64,000 bases of DNA, from contig JAYRPG010000174.1 of the NCBI GenBank assembly GCA_041911275.1, positions 24,268 through 88,267 of the forward strand. Reading direction: 5' to 3'. This stretch comes from Ferruginibacter sp. (lineage in GTDB: Bacteria; Bacteroidota; Bacteroidia; Chitinophagales; Chitinophagaceae). Position 1 is the first letter of the stretch. Each line of letters starts with the position of its first letter. The position numbers and the translations under genes are program-made. Under the pieces are notes generated by a model. It saw only the letters and a list, made by a program, of their open reading frames with translations, was not told where the DNA came from and ran no database searches. Below are positions 44,954 to 54,115 of this stretch, piece after piece.

Positions 44954-47728
44954 TCAGCGGCCGGTCAGTACATCCTCGCTGAAACGCCGGAAAATGGCAT
45001 CCAGATCCACCGGCAGGGGATCCTCATAGTAGATGGCGGTGGCATAAGTTTCATCCCGGAGGTCGGGAATGCGCCGGTCGGGTTCAAATCCGCCGCAAAC
45101 GGCGATGCAGGTAGACTGGTCTTCGCCATAGGCAAAATGCACCCGGAAAATATAAAAACGGCGAGCTTGGCCGCTGATCACCGCTGAGCGCTCGCCGAGT
45201 AAACTGAAGCGGGCCTCTTCCATACTGACGTTATCCTCCGAAGCCGCATGCCGTACGATATAGGTTTCGGCAAAGCGGGGCTGCTGCCGGAACTCAGCCG
45301 GAAAATACCGCAGTAACGCTGCCTTCTTCATTTCTTCGTACATCCATATCCGGTAGTCGGGCAGGGCGGCGGTTTTCCAGATCATGGCCGGCGCCACCGG
45401 CTGCCGCATCTTCAGCAGTTCCAGCGTGGCCAGCAGGTTCAGTTCCGGATCCTGCAGCTCCTGGAACTGGCGGAGCCGGCTGATGGCCGCAGGGCCGCCG
45501 AGCAGGCCCAATGCCCGCACCAGGTCATCGGTGTACAGGGGATATCCCCCGGTATGCGTTTGCAGATACGCCAGGCGGCGGGTGGCTGCCTCCAGCAGGG
45601 CGGATGCATGCGCCTTCAGGAAACTACGGTGCAGGCAGCCACTGTCGGTCAGCCGAACGGTGAGGTAAATCAATCCCGGGCCCAGGAGGCTGTCGCTGTA
45701 CAAAGATGTGAGTTGCGGCAGGATGTTGGCGCAAAGCTCAAGGCTGTCGCCGAGCCAGAAATACAAACGGGTGGGGCTGCCGGTACGGGGTGGCGACTGC
45801 AACAGCAGTTCCTTTACCATGGCCGCAGCCCCGGCATTGCGGTTGGAGGCCAGTACCTGCAACAGGAGCATTTTTTTGGCTGAGGCGGCGGGCAAGGCTT
45901 CATATGCCTGCGCAGTGAGTTTCTGTACGCTGCTGCTGTCCAGCTGCTCCAGCCCAAAGGCCAGCCGTTCAGCAGCCGTGTACACCCGGTCGGAAGCAGA
46001 GTCGGCCGCGCGGAGCAATCCCTGCCACAGTAAGGGGAAATCTGCCGGCAGCAGGCTCAGTTCCCGGAAGGCGTTTTCCGCCCCGGTACGGAGGGCACTG
46101 TCGTTACTGAGCAGACCGTCCACGATAAGGTCTGTTTTCCGGGTAAACAGCGTGGTGGGCTGCGGCGCACCGGCCACCCGGAAATCTTCGAAAAAGCGGT
46201 TTACCTCCGGGCCCGTGAGGTAGGACGAGTCGCCCATTGCGTATATCCGGTAGGGATAGTTGCCATGGCGCAGTAGCCGCACCCGCTTGAAAAAAGGCTT
46301 CGCGGCATTCTTTACCATCAGCTCATAACCCTGCAGGGCCCCGTTGACAACCGGCCGCATCAGCAGCAGGGAATCAAATTGTCCCGGGGCGTTCCGGGCC
46401 GCTTCGCTGGCGGTATCCGTATAATACTCCGCGCAGAGCGCCGCGAAATAGGCACTGTCGTTTTCGGCGTAGGCATACCGCGGCAAAGGCCCCACTTCCA
46501 CATTAAAAGTGACCGCAGCCCCCGAATCAAAAGCCAGATAATCGCAGTCGCGGTCAGCCACCGCAAGTTCCTGCAGCGCTGAGTCGGCGGGCTGTAAACG
46601 GATACCGGAAGGCGACCAGGTGCTGAAACGCCCGCAGGGAGCGGTTTGCGTTGACCAGCCGCTGCTGTGCCAGGGCAACAGCTGAAAGGAATTGAAAAAG
46701 TTGTCGATGGCCGGATCCTCCGCATGCTGTCCGGGTGTCACCACGGCCAGGGTATAGGCCCGGTTCTGCCGGATGAGCACCCGCAGGTGACTCACGGTTA
46801 CTTCGTCGGCTGAACGAATCAGTGCCCTGAATGACATGGCCTTGCAGCCCTGCCAGGTAAAATAGCGGAGGTCGGTGACGGGGATATCCTGATCCCGGTA
46901 GTAGTCCAGTTTGTTGTTGAACACCATGCTGTCAGCCGTGATGAGGTAACCCGGCCTGGTTTCACTGATAAAAACGATACAGTAGCCGGATAGCGCCGGA
47001 TCCACACAGGAATAGGAGGTGTGCGTAAAGTCCTCGGTATCTTCCATCCCGCCAAGCGCATTCAGGGAAGGGGGTTTCGGGAAGGCAGCCCGGAAGGCAC
47101 GGAGCGTATCGGTAAATACCGGCCACGAATCCAGGCTGGCGCGCCGCAGCGGCTGATGCGGCACAAAACTGGCCAGGAATCTTTCGGCATTGCCCGCCCG
47201 CAACAAAGCCTGCTCCTGCGCGGTGACCATGAGCAGGTAAACGCGGCCCTGCCCGGAAAGGATGATGATGCGGAAAAACTGATTTTTCTGTTCAGCGATC
47301 AGTTCGGTGCCCCGCATGCCGCTGGCCGTATAAGGTGTTCCGTTCTGCACCAGGCTGCCATTGACCCTGATCCGCTCCCGGATGCTGTCGGCCAGCACGG
47401 AAGTTTCTACGCCGGTCGACGCCAGGGCGGCTACAAAATAGGCCTGCTGGGCGGCCACATCAAAGCAGATCCTGCCCTTGATCCCGGCCATGCCCAATTC
47501 CATGTCCATCGGGGCATAAGGCATCAGCACCGAATAACTGCTGTCTTCATCCTGCACCGTTACCCAGTCTGCAGCGGGCAGCGGTGTGGTATCGGCAACC
47601 GGATGGAATGGTTCACGGAATTCCTTTGACGGAAGGTGTGCGGAGCGCAACTGCGCCATCAGCAGACAAGGTAGAACCTGCAGCAGCATGCAGCATGAAC
47701 TCCAACGGCAGATCCGGGTGAGAAACAT
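44954..47728 (-). CDS. Large secreted hypothetical protein (924 aa)
   Basis: Signal-like N-terminus MFLTRICRWSSCCMLLQVLPCLLMAQ. Three N-terminal modules of about 150 aa with a similar pattern, then a Leu/Ala-rich helical-repeat region and a C-terminal domain. The start at 47728 is preferred. Confidence 0.6.
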   Translation of the reverse strand: MFLTRICRWSSCCMLLQVLPCLLMAQLRSAHLPSKEFREPFHPVADTTPLPAADWVTVQDEDSSYSVLMPYAPMDMELGMAGIKGRICFDVAAQQAYFVAALASTGVETSVLADSIRERIRVNGSLVQNGTPYTASGMRGTELIAEQKNQFFRIIILSGQGRVYLLMVTAQEQALLRAGNAERFLASFVPHQPLRRASLDSWPVFTDTLRAFRAAFPKPPSLNALGGMEDTEDFTHTSYSCVDPALSGYCIVFISETRPGYLITADSMVFNNKLDYYRDQDIPVTDLRYFTWQGCKAMSFRALIRSADEVTVSHLRVLIRQNRAYTLAVVTPGQHAEDPAIDNFFNSFQLLPWHSSGWSTQTAPCGRFSTWSPSGIRLQPADSALQELAVADRDCDYLAFDSGAAVTFNVEVGPLPRYAYAENDSAYFAALCAEYYTDTASEAARNAPGQFDSLLLMRPVVNGALQGYELMVKNAAKPFFKRVRLLRHGNYPYRIYAMGDSSYLTGPEVNRFFEDFRVAGAPQPTTLFTRKTDLIVDGLLSNDSALRTGAENAFRELSLLPADFPLLWQGLLRAADSASDRVYTAAERLAFGLEQLDSSSVQKLTAQAYEALPAASAKKMLLLQVLASNRNAGAAAMVKELLLQSPPRTGSPTRLYFWLGDSLELCANILPQLTSLYSDSLLGPGLIYLTVRLTDSGCLHRSFLKAHASALLEAATRRLAYLQTHTGGYPLYTDDLVRALGLLGGPAAISRLRQFQELQDPELNLLATLELLKMRQPVAPAMIWKTAALPDYRIWMYEEMKKAALLRYFPAEFRQQPRFAETYIVRHAASEDNVSMEEARFSLLGERSAVISGQARRFYIFRVHFAYGEDQSTCIAVCGGFEPDRRIPDLRDETYATAIYYEDPLPVDLDAIFRRFSEDVLTGR

Positions 47729-47757
47729 AACCGAATATAGCAAAGGGCCTGAATAAA

Positions 47758-48933
47758 TCAACCCAGGGTTTGCAGGATGATGCGGCAGGCCTCCCGGATT
47801 TCTTCCTCGGTGATCACCAGCGGGGGTACAATGCGCAGGCACTGCGGGGCAAAAAGAAACCAATCGGTGAATACCCCGGATTCGATGAGTGTATCGATGA
47901 TGCGTTTATTGGTTTCGAAGCTGTCGAATTCCACCGCCATCATCAGGCCGGCGCTGCGCAGGGCTACAATCCGGGGATGCTGCAGCAGGGACCGGAACAG
48001 GGCCTCCTTGGCGGGTACCTGTTCGATGAGTTTTTCGTCCAGCAGCACCTCCAGTGCCGCCAGGCCGGCCGCACAGCATACCGGATGCCCGCCAAAGGTA
48101 TTGATATGCCCCAGTACCGGCTGCCGGGTGAGGGCCATCATCTGTGAGCGGTCGGCTACAAATGCGCCGAGGGGCATGCCCCCGCCCAGGGCCTTGCCCA
48201 GCAGCAAAATATCGGGCACCACATCAAACTGCTCAAAGGCAAAGAGCGAGCCGTTCCGGCCAAAGCCGCACTGGATTTCGTCGAACACCAGCAGGGCGCC
48301 TGTTTCATTGCATCGCTGGCGCAGGGCCTGCAGCCAGTGCCGATCCGGCCGGATCACCCCGGCTTCGGCCTGGATGGTTTCCACCACCACGCAGGCGGTA
48401 TCCCCGTTGATGGCCTCCAGGTCATCGGGATCATTATAGCGCAGCAGGCGGGTGCCCGGGATCAGGGGCCGGAAAGCATTGCGCCAGTACTCACTGCCCA
48501 TGATGCTGAGGGCTCCCTGTGTGCTGCCATGATAACTGTTGCGGAACGACAGCACGCCGGGCCGGCCAGTGTACCGCTTGGCCAGTTTCAGCGCCCCCTC
48601 GGTGGCCTCACTGCCGCTGGCCGTGAAGAAAACGGAGTTGAGGCTGGCAGGCAGCAGGCCGGTGATGCGGCGGGCATACTGCACCTGCGGCTGCTCCACC
48701 AGTTCGCCATACACCATCACATGCATGAAGCGGGCCGCCTGCTGCTGCACGGCCTGCACCACACGGGGATGCCCATGACCTACATTGCAGACACTGATGC
48801 CGCCGATCAGGTCAATCAGTTCGCGGCCATCAGCGGTGCGCATACGGGCACCCGATGCTTCCACCACTTCAAGCGCCAACGGCGCGGGGGAGGTTTGCCC
48901 CACATGGGCAAAAAACAACTGCCGGTTATTCAT
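47758..48933 (-). CDS. Class III PLP-dependent aminotransferase (acetylornithine/ornithine aminotransferase-like)
   Basis: GHGHPRVV, SGSEA.E.A.KLA, DEIQ.GFGR.G and GK.LGGG.P motifs. Confidence 0.85.
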   Translation of the reverse strand: MNNRQLFFAHVGQTSPAPLALEVVEASGARMRTADGRELIDLIGGISVCNVGHGHPRVVQAVQQQAARFMHVMVYGELVEQPQVQYARRITGLLPASLNSVFFTASGSEATEGALKLAKRYTGRPGVLSFRNSYHGSTQGALSIMGSEYWRNAFRPLIPGTRLLRYNDPDDLEAINGDTACVVVETIQAEAGVIRPDRHWLQALRQRCNETGALLVFDEIQCGFGRNGSLFAFEQFDVVPDILLLGKALGGGMPLGAFVADRSQMMALTRQPVLGHINTFGGHPVCCAAGLAALEVLLDEKLIEQVPAKEALFRSLLQHPRIVALRSAGLMMAVEFDSFETNKRIIDTLIESGVFTDWFLFAPQCLRIVPPLVITEEEIREACRIILQTLG

Positions 48934-48990
48934 GCGGCAAAGTTCGGCAGGAATGTTGGATATTTGGGGAGTGTTGTGGAGGGGAAGGGG

Positions 48991-49046
48991 GAATGATGAA
49001 TTTTGAGTTATGAGTTATGAGTTATGAATGATGAGTTGTGAGTGTT
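48991..49046. repeat. Heptanucleotide tandem array, 8 units
   Basis: GAATGAT GAATTTT (GAGTTAT)x3 GAATGAT GAGTTGT GAGTGTT. Confidence 0.9.
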
Positions 49047-49049
49047 TAT

Positions 49050-49116
49050 CCCTAAACCTCCCTAAACTTTCCTAAACCTCCCTAAACGCTAAACCCCTAA
49101 ACCCTAAACCCCAAAC
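49050..49116. repeat. CCTAAAC-based tandem array with mixed 10-nt and 7-nt period
   Basis: CCTAAACCTC CCTAAACTTT CCTAAACCTC CCTAAACG CTAAACC CCTAAAC CCTAAAC CCCAAAC. It ends 9 nt before the gamma-CA ATG. Confidence 0.9.
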
Positions 49117-49125
49117 TCCTCCCCC

Positions 49126-49683
49126 ATGCCCGTTATTCTCCCCGTAAAAGGTGTTTACCCGAAGATGGGTAAAGATTGTTTCATCGCCCCCAATGCCACC
49201 GTAGTCGGTGATGTGGAAATGGGTGATGGCTGCAGTGTATGGTTCAACGCCGTTATCCGTGGTGATGTCAACAGCATCCGCATGGGCAATAAGGTGAACG
49301 TGCAGGACGGAGCAGTGATTCACTGCACCTACGAAAAAACCCGCGCCCTGATCGGAAATAATGTGAGCATCGGACACAATGCCATCGTGCATGGATGCGT
49401 TATTGAAGATAACGTACTGGTGGGCATGGGCGCCATCGTGATGGATGATGCCCGTATCGGTTCCAATTCCATCATCGCGGCAGGCGCCGTGGTGCTGGAA
49501 AACACGGAAGTGGAGCCGGGCTCCATTTACGCAGGGGTGCCGGCCCGGAAAGTGAAGAACATCAGCCAGGAACTGATTCATGGCGAAATTGACCGCATTG
49601 CCAACAATTACCTGATGTACAGCGGCTGGTTTAAGGATCAGGATCCCGGAGCCGGAAAACCGGAGGGCCCTGCAGAAGGATGA
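49126..49683 (+). CDS. Gamma carbonic anhydrase family (left-handed beta-helix) protein
   Basis: FIAPNATVVGDV.MG...SVWFNAVIRGD...I.MG...NVQDG.V.H pattern. Confidence 0.85.
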   Translation: MPVILPVKGVYPKMGKDCFIAPNATVVGDVEMGDGCSVWFNAVIRGDVNSIRMGNKVNVQDGAVIHCTYEKTRALIGNNVSIGHNAIVHGCVIEDNVLVGMGAIVMDDARIGSNSIIAAGAVVLENTEVEPGSIYAGVPARKVKNISQELIHGEIDRIANNYLMYSGWFKDQDPGAGKPEGPAEG

Positions 49684-49713
49684 AACCGGAAAATAATTGG
49701 CTAATTTAGCAGT

Positions 49714-49899
49714 ATGAAAAAGATCCTCACCGCGCTGGTATGCGTTAGTGTGCTGAGCAGTTGCTCGCTTTTCAAGAAGAGTGAAAAAACCGGTTGCGGC
49801 AGCAACGGCAGAAATGTGGGAGCGGAAAAAATCCTGTCCGGCGATCCGAAAGACATGAAGGACGCGAAAGCAGCCGGCAAGGTGAAGTTCAGGGGGTAA
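49714..49899 (+). CDS. Small lipoprotein (61 aa)
   Basis: Lipobox MKKILTALVCVSVLSSC. A TAATTTAG box lies 4 nt upstream of the ATG. Confidence 0.55.
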   Translation: MKKILTALVCVSVLSSCSLFKKSEKTGCGSNGRNVGAEKILSGDPKDMKDAKAAGKVKFRG

Positions 49900-49956
49900 A
49901 TACCCTCTTAGTGATCCCCCGCCCTTTGAATCCGGAACCTCAAAACCCTCATACCT

Positions 49957-50259
49957 ATGTGCTACCATCTGAAAACACCCGTCGGCAACACCGTGGCCGT
50001 CATCGACGACAACTGCGGTATTTCCAAGTTCTACGCCATTGCCGACACCCTCTCCTCCGAACTGAAAGTGAATTTCCTGAACCAGGTGGATGATGCCGAC
50101 AGCCTCGACTGGGATTTCCGTTACAAAAACCAGGTGCTCACCCTGCAGTACAACATCTTTAACGGTATCTCCATTTTTCCCCAGCATCAGAAGAACCTGC
50201 ACCAGGAAAACAACGCAGTACTGGAAGTGGCCCACTTCCTCGAACGCCGCGCTTACTGA
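49957..50259 (+). CDS. Hypothetical protein (100 aa)
   Basis: Only an ORF with coding-like codon bias; no motif recognised. Confidence 0.45.
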   Translation: MCYHLKTPVGNTVAVIDDNCGISKFYAIADTLSSELKVNFLNQVDDADSLDWDFRYKNQVLTLQYNIFNGISIFPQHQKNLHQENNAVLEVAHFLERRAY

Positions 50260-50260
50260 T

Positions 50261-51187
50261 TCACCAGTTGCTTTGCGGAATGCCGCTGAGAATGTTACAA
50301 TAACTCACGTAACGTTCCGGATGCACTTGCCCCTGCTGTACGGCTGCCTTCACGGCACAGCCGGGCTCGTTCAGGTGCAGGCAGTTATTGAACTGGCATT
50401 CCCCGAGGAGCTGCCGCATCTCCGGGAAATAATGGCTCAGCTCCTGCCGGGAAATGTCCACCAGCCCCAGCTCCCTGATGCCGGGCGTATCAATGATGCG
50501 CCCCCCTCCCTCCAGGTCGAACATCTCTGCAAAGGTGGTGGTGTGCAAACCCTTGCCACTCCAGCCGCTCACGTCCTGCGTGCGCAGCTGCAGTTCCGGA
50601 ACCACCCGGTTGATGAATGAAGACTTACCCACACCTGAATGACCGCTGAGGAGCGTGCAATGCGCCTTCAGCTCCGCCTTCACCGCCTCCACCCCTTCGC
50701 CGGTTTCGAGGCTCATGCTGAGCACCCGGTAACCGATGCTTTCGTACATCTGCCTCCACTCCGCCAGTTGCTCCTTTTCCTTTTCACGGTACAGATCTGC
50801 CTTGTTGAAGACAATGATGGCCGGCACATGATAAGCCTCTGCCGTGATGAGGAAACGATCAATAAAACCCTGTGAGGTACGCGGACTTTTCAGCGTGGCG
50901 AAGAGGAGTGACTGGTCGATATTGGCCGCGATGACATGATGCTGGTTCTTATTGTGGGGAGATACCCGGGTAATGCAGTTGTCCCGGTCGTCTACACCGG
51001 TGATCACCACATTGCTGTCGCCTCCTTCTTCGGGCTCAATGCTCACGCGGTCGCCTACGGCCACGGGGTTGGTGCTGGTGATCCCTTCTATCTTCAGCTT
51101 GCCCTTGATGCGGGCATTGCGCATGGCGCCGCTTTCATCCCGAAGCAGGTACCAGCTGCCGGTGCTCTTGTAAACAATCGCTTTCAT
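50261..51187 (-). CDS. rsgA: Ribosome small subunit-dependent GTPase A
   Basis: NKADL, GHSGVGKSS, DTPG and the zinc knuckle CQFNNCLHLNEPGC. The ATG at 51187 is preferred over the TTG at 51196. Confidence 0.9.
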   Translation of the reverse strand: MKAIVYKSTGSWYLLRDESGAMRNARIKGKLKIEGITSTNPVAVGDRVSIEPEEGGDSNVVITGVDDRDNCITRVSPHNKNQHHVIAANIDQSLLFATLKSPRTSQGFIDRFLITAEAYHVPAIIVFNKADLYREKEKEQLAEWRQMYESIGYRVLSMSLETGEGVEAVKAELKAHCTLLSGHSGVGKSSFINRVVPELQLRTQDVSGWSGKGLHTTTFAEMFDLEGGGRIIDTPGIRELGLVDISRQELSHYFPEMRQLLGECQFNNCLHLNEPGCAVKAAVQQGQVHPERYVSYCNILSGIPQSNW

Positions 51188-51219
51188 CTGCTGCAAGTTA
51201 AGCTGAGAATGCGTGCGGA

Positions 51220-52221
51220 TCAGGGGAATTTACGCAGGATCGTGAAGCGGAGTAGCCATTCCAGCAGCAGGAACAGCAACGCCGCCAGGGCAAAAGGATA
51301 AAAATGTTCGGTATAGCGGGTAAAGGTGGCCAGTTGCACCACCGATTTTTCCATCTGGTCTATCTCGCGGTACACCTCCTCAAGCCCGGCATTGTCTCTG
51401 GCCCGGAAATAGCGGCCGCCGGTTTCGCGGGCAATGGTGGTAAGCAGCTTTTCATCAATGGTTACTTTTTGCTGCTGCAGGATGATGCCCAGGTCGGTTT
51501 TCATGGGGAAGGGCGCATAACCTTCGGTGCCCACGCCGATGGTGTACACTTTTACGCCGAAGGTTTTGGCAATTTCACGGGCGTTATCCGGCCCGATCAG
51601 CCCGCCGTTGTTTTCACCATCGGTGAGCAGGATCACGATTTTTGACCGCGCCTTACTGCGCCGCAGCCGGTCAACGCTGGTGGCCAGTCCGTCTCCGATG
51701 GCCGTACCATCTTCGAGCAGTCCGTTGCGGATATGCTGTACGGCCGTGTTGAGTACGGCTTTATCGGTGGTGAGGGGGCACTGCGTAAAACTTTCGCCGG
51801 AAAAGATCACGATGGCAATCCGGTCGGTGAGCCGCCGGTTGATGAAATCCACGGCCACTTTTTTGGCGGCCTCCAGCCGGTTGGGCAGGAAGTCCTGGGC
51901 CGTCATGCTGCCGCTCACGTCAAGGCACAATACAATATCCACGCCCTCACCTTCCGCCAGTTGCTGCTCGGTTCTGGACTGTGGCCTGGCCAGGGCCAGC
52001 ACTGCGGCAGCAACCGCCAGCATCCGCAACAGAAAAGGCAGGTGGCGGATCTGCGTGCGCCAGGTATGCAGGTGCAGGAAGGGCTGTACCGACGACACCT
52101 TCATGCCGGCACCGTGCTGCAGGCTTCGCCGGTACAGGAACAGCAGGAGCGGCAACAGCAGCAGGCCCAGCAGCCAGTAAGGCGATCCAAAGCTGATATG
52201 ACTGAAATAACGGGCGATCAA
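51220..52221 (-). CDS. batA: VWA domain protein BatA (aerotolerance operon-like)
   Basis: N-terminal TM helices and the MIDAS motif DVSGSM; 333 aa. The apparent TTG start overlaps the upstream stop (TTGA). Confidence 0.8.
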   Translation of the reverse strand: MIARYFSHISFGSPYWLLGLLLLPLLLFLYRRSLQHGAGMKVSSVQPFLHLHTWRTQIRHLPFLLRMLAVAAAVLALARPQSRTEQQLAEGEGVDIVLCLDVSGSMTAQDFLPNRLEAAKKVAVDFINRRLTDRIAIVIFSGESFTQCPLTTDKAVLNTAVQHIRNGLLEDGTAIGDGLATSVDRLRRSKARSKIVILLTDGENNGGLIGPDNAREIAKTFGVKVYTIGVGTEGYAPFPMKTDLGIILQQQKVTIDEKLLTTIARETGGRYFRARDNAGLEEVYREIDQMEKSVVQLATFTRYTEHFYPFALAALLFLLLEWLLRFTILRKFP

Positions 52222-53144
52222 GCGGATGGGGGTTTTTGATACTTCTCATGAACAAAACGCACCAGCTGCAGGAGGGCCTGCCGGCTCTGCGCACACTGAT
52301 CCGCCGCGGGTACATACCGGGCAAACTTCACCGCATCGCAACTGCGCAGGGCCGAAGCAGACGCCGACAGCAACTCCCCCTCCAAACCCAGGCGGCGCAG
52401 ATGCACGAGGACACCATCCGTGGTTTGATTACGGAAAGGCATACCCGAACAGGCAGCCAGGTAATCGCGGCCGGTATCATAGAGCTTAACATGAAAGCGG
52501 TGTACTTCAGCGGCGGTGGTCAGCGGCCAGGTAGCCAGTTCATCCAGCGCCTGCAGGGCCGCCTGGTAGGGATCAGCAGCGCCTGTTTGAGGTATCGCTG
52601 CCGAACGGCGGCGCCAGCGGCGGAACAGCACCCAGGCCGCCAGCAGCACCACCAGCGCAGCAATGCCGGCAAGCCAGTAAAGGGTTTGATCGGGCGGAGC
52701 AGCCTGGCGGATGGGTTTGATGTCGCGGAGTTCGCCGGTGCTGTCGGGCTGGTACCCCACGGTGAGCACCACCGAATCCGTCTTCAGCTGCCAGGCACTG
52801 TCGGAGCCCACGGGCGTAAACACCATCACCGCAGCCGGCAGCACCCAGCGGCCCGAATCAAAACTCGTGAACACGTATTGCTGTCGCAGGCGGTTGATGG
52901 CCGAGCCGCTGAACTGCGTATCTACCGGCGATCGTTCCAGCCATTCGATATGCGGCATTGAATCCGGGTAGGACGGCCAGCGGATAAAGCCCGCTTCGGG
53001 CAACTCAGCCTCCCATTGCAGTTTCACCGGCTCGCCGATCAGGATCTGCTGCGTGCTTACCGTGGTCTTCAGCCGCGGCTGGGCCGCAGCCTGCTTTACG
53101 GCAGGCAGCAGCATGATCAAGAGGCTGATGATGACTGATCGCAT
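52218..53144 (-). CDS. BatD-like / DUF4381-like membrane protein
   Basis: Signal MRSVIISLLIMLLPAVKQAAAQ, a beta-rich ectodomain, one central TM helix and a helical C-terminal part. It occupies the hypothetical-gene position between DUF58 and BatA. Confidence 0.55.
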   Translation of the reverse strand: MRSVIISLLIMLLPAVKQAAAQPRLKTTVSTQQILIGEPVKLQWEAELPEAGFIRWPSYPDSMPHIEWLERSPVDTQFSGSAINRLRQQYVFTSFDSGRWVLPAAVMVFTPVGSDSAWQLKTDSVVLTVGYQPDSTGELRDIKPIRQAAPPDQTLYWLAGIAALVVLLAAWVLFRRWRRRSAAIPQTGAADPYQAALQALDELATWPLTTAAEVHRFHVKLYDTGRDYLAACSGMPFRNQTTDGVLVHLRRLGLEGELLSASASALRSCDAVKFARYVPAADQCAQSRQALLQLVRFVHEKYQKPPSA

Positions 53145-53158
53145 AAGGGGCACTTCAG

Positions 53159-54028
53159 TTAAGTTCTGCGGATGAAAAACTGCTGCAGGATCCTGACATA
53201 ATCCTCGCGGGTGCTGATGTGCAGCAAGTCGGCGCCGGCTTTCCGGAAATGCTGCTGGCAGGCTGCGCTCTGCTGCAGAAACACCTGGTGGTATTGGTAC
53301 CGCACCTGCGCATCGCTGCTGTCGACCCAGCGCTGCACACCGGTTTCAAAGTCCTCCACCTGCAGCAGCCCCGCATCGGGCAGTTCCATATCCAGCGGAT
53401 CGTAGAGCCGGATGCCCACCACTTCGTGGCGGCCGCTGATCACTTTCAGGTGGTTCTGAAACTGCACATCCGTGAAATCACTCAGCAGGAAGGCGATGCT
53501 TTTCTGCCGGCAGGCATTGCGGAAAAACCGGATGGCTTCTTCCATCCGGGTGCCGCGGCCGGAGGGCTCCCGGCTCAGCAGCTCGCGAACGATGTACAAT
53601 ATATGCTGCCGCCCTTTTTGCGGGGGGATGTATTTCTCCACGCGGTCGCTGAAGAGCAGCGCCCCCACCTTGTCGTTGTTGCTGATGGCACTGAATGCCA
53701 GCACCGCGGCAATTTCTGTAGCCAGGTCGCGTTTACGCCGGCCGGCTGTTCCGAAATAACTGCTCCGGCTGATGTCGACCAGCAGGAACACCGTGAGCTC
53801 GCGCTCCTCCTCAAACACCTTGGTAAAAGGATGGCTGAACCGGGCACTCACATTCCAGTCGATAAACCGCACATCATCCCCCGGATGATATTCCCGCACC
53901 TCACGGAAACGCATACCCTTTCCTTTGAAAGCAGCATGGTACTCCCCGGTAAAGAGATGGGTGGTAAGCCGCTTGCTCTTGATTTCGAGCTCCCGCACTT
54001 TCCGGAGTATGTCTTCGGTGGTCAGCAT
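53159..54028 (-). CDS. DUF58 domain protein (MoxR partner)
   Basis: G.H.....G.G..F...REY..GDD.R.IDW pattern. The ATG at 54028 is preferred. Confidence 0.82.
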   Translation of the reverse strand: MLTTEDILRKVRELEIKSKRLTTHLFTGEYHAAFKGKGMRFREVREYHPGDDVRFIDWNVSARFSHPFTKVFEEERELTVFLLVDISRSSYFGTAGRRKRDLATEIAAVLAFSAISNNDKVGALLFSDRVEKYIPPQKGRQHILYIVRELLSREPSGRGTRMEEAIRFFRNACRQKSIAFLLSDFTDVQFQNHLKVISGRHEVVGIRLYDPLDMELPDAGLLQVEDFETGVQRWVDSSDAQVRYQYHQVFLQQSAACQQHFRKAGADLLHISTREDYVRILQQFFIRRT

Positions 54029-54115
54029 GAGTAACAATTGGGGCCGCCTGGAAAAAGCAAAGCCAGAAAAAAAATGAACAGCCAGAGTCTGATTGTATCG
54101 CCTGGGGTGGCGCAG

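Noticed and set aside
49089-49116. Perfect plant-type telomere units (CCCTAAA / TTTAGGG) in tandem.
   Set aside because: Only 2-3 clean copies are present. They are embedded in a degenerate CCTAAAC-based array between two ordinary bacterial genes, in the same class as the other period-7 arrays in the window. There is no chromosome end, no eukaryotic gene structure and no sign of contamination.
48991-49116. Short-repeat arrays as a possible CRISPR array.
   Set aside because: The repeat unit is 7-10 nt with no spacers, and there are no cas genes. These are simple tandem repeats.
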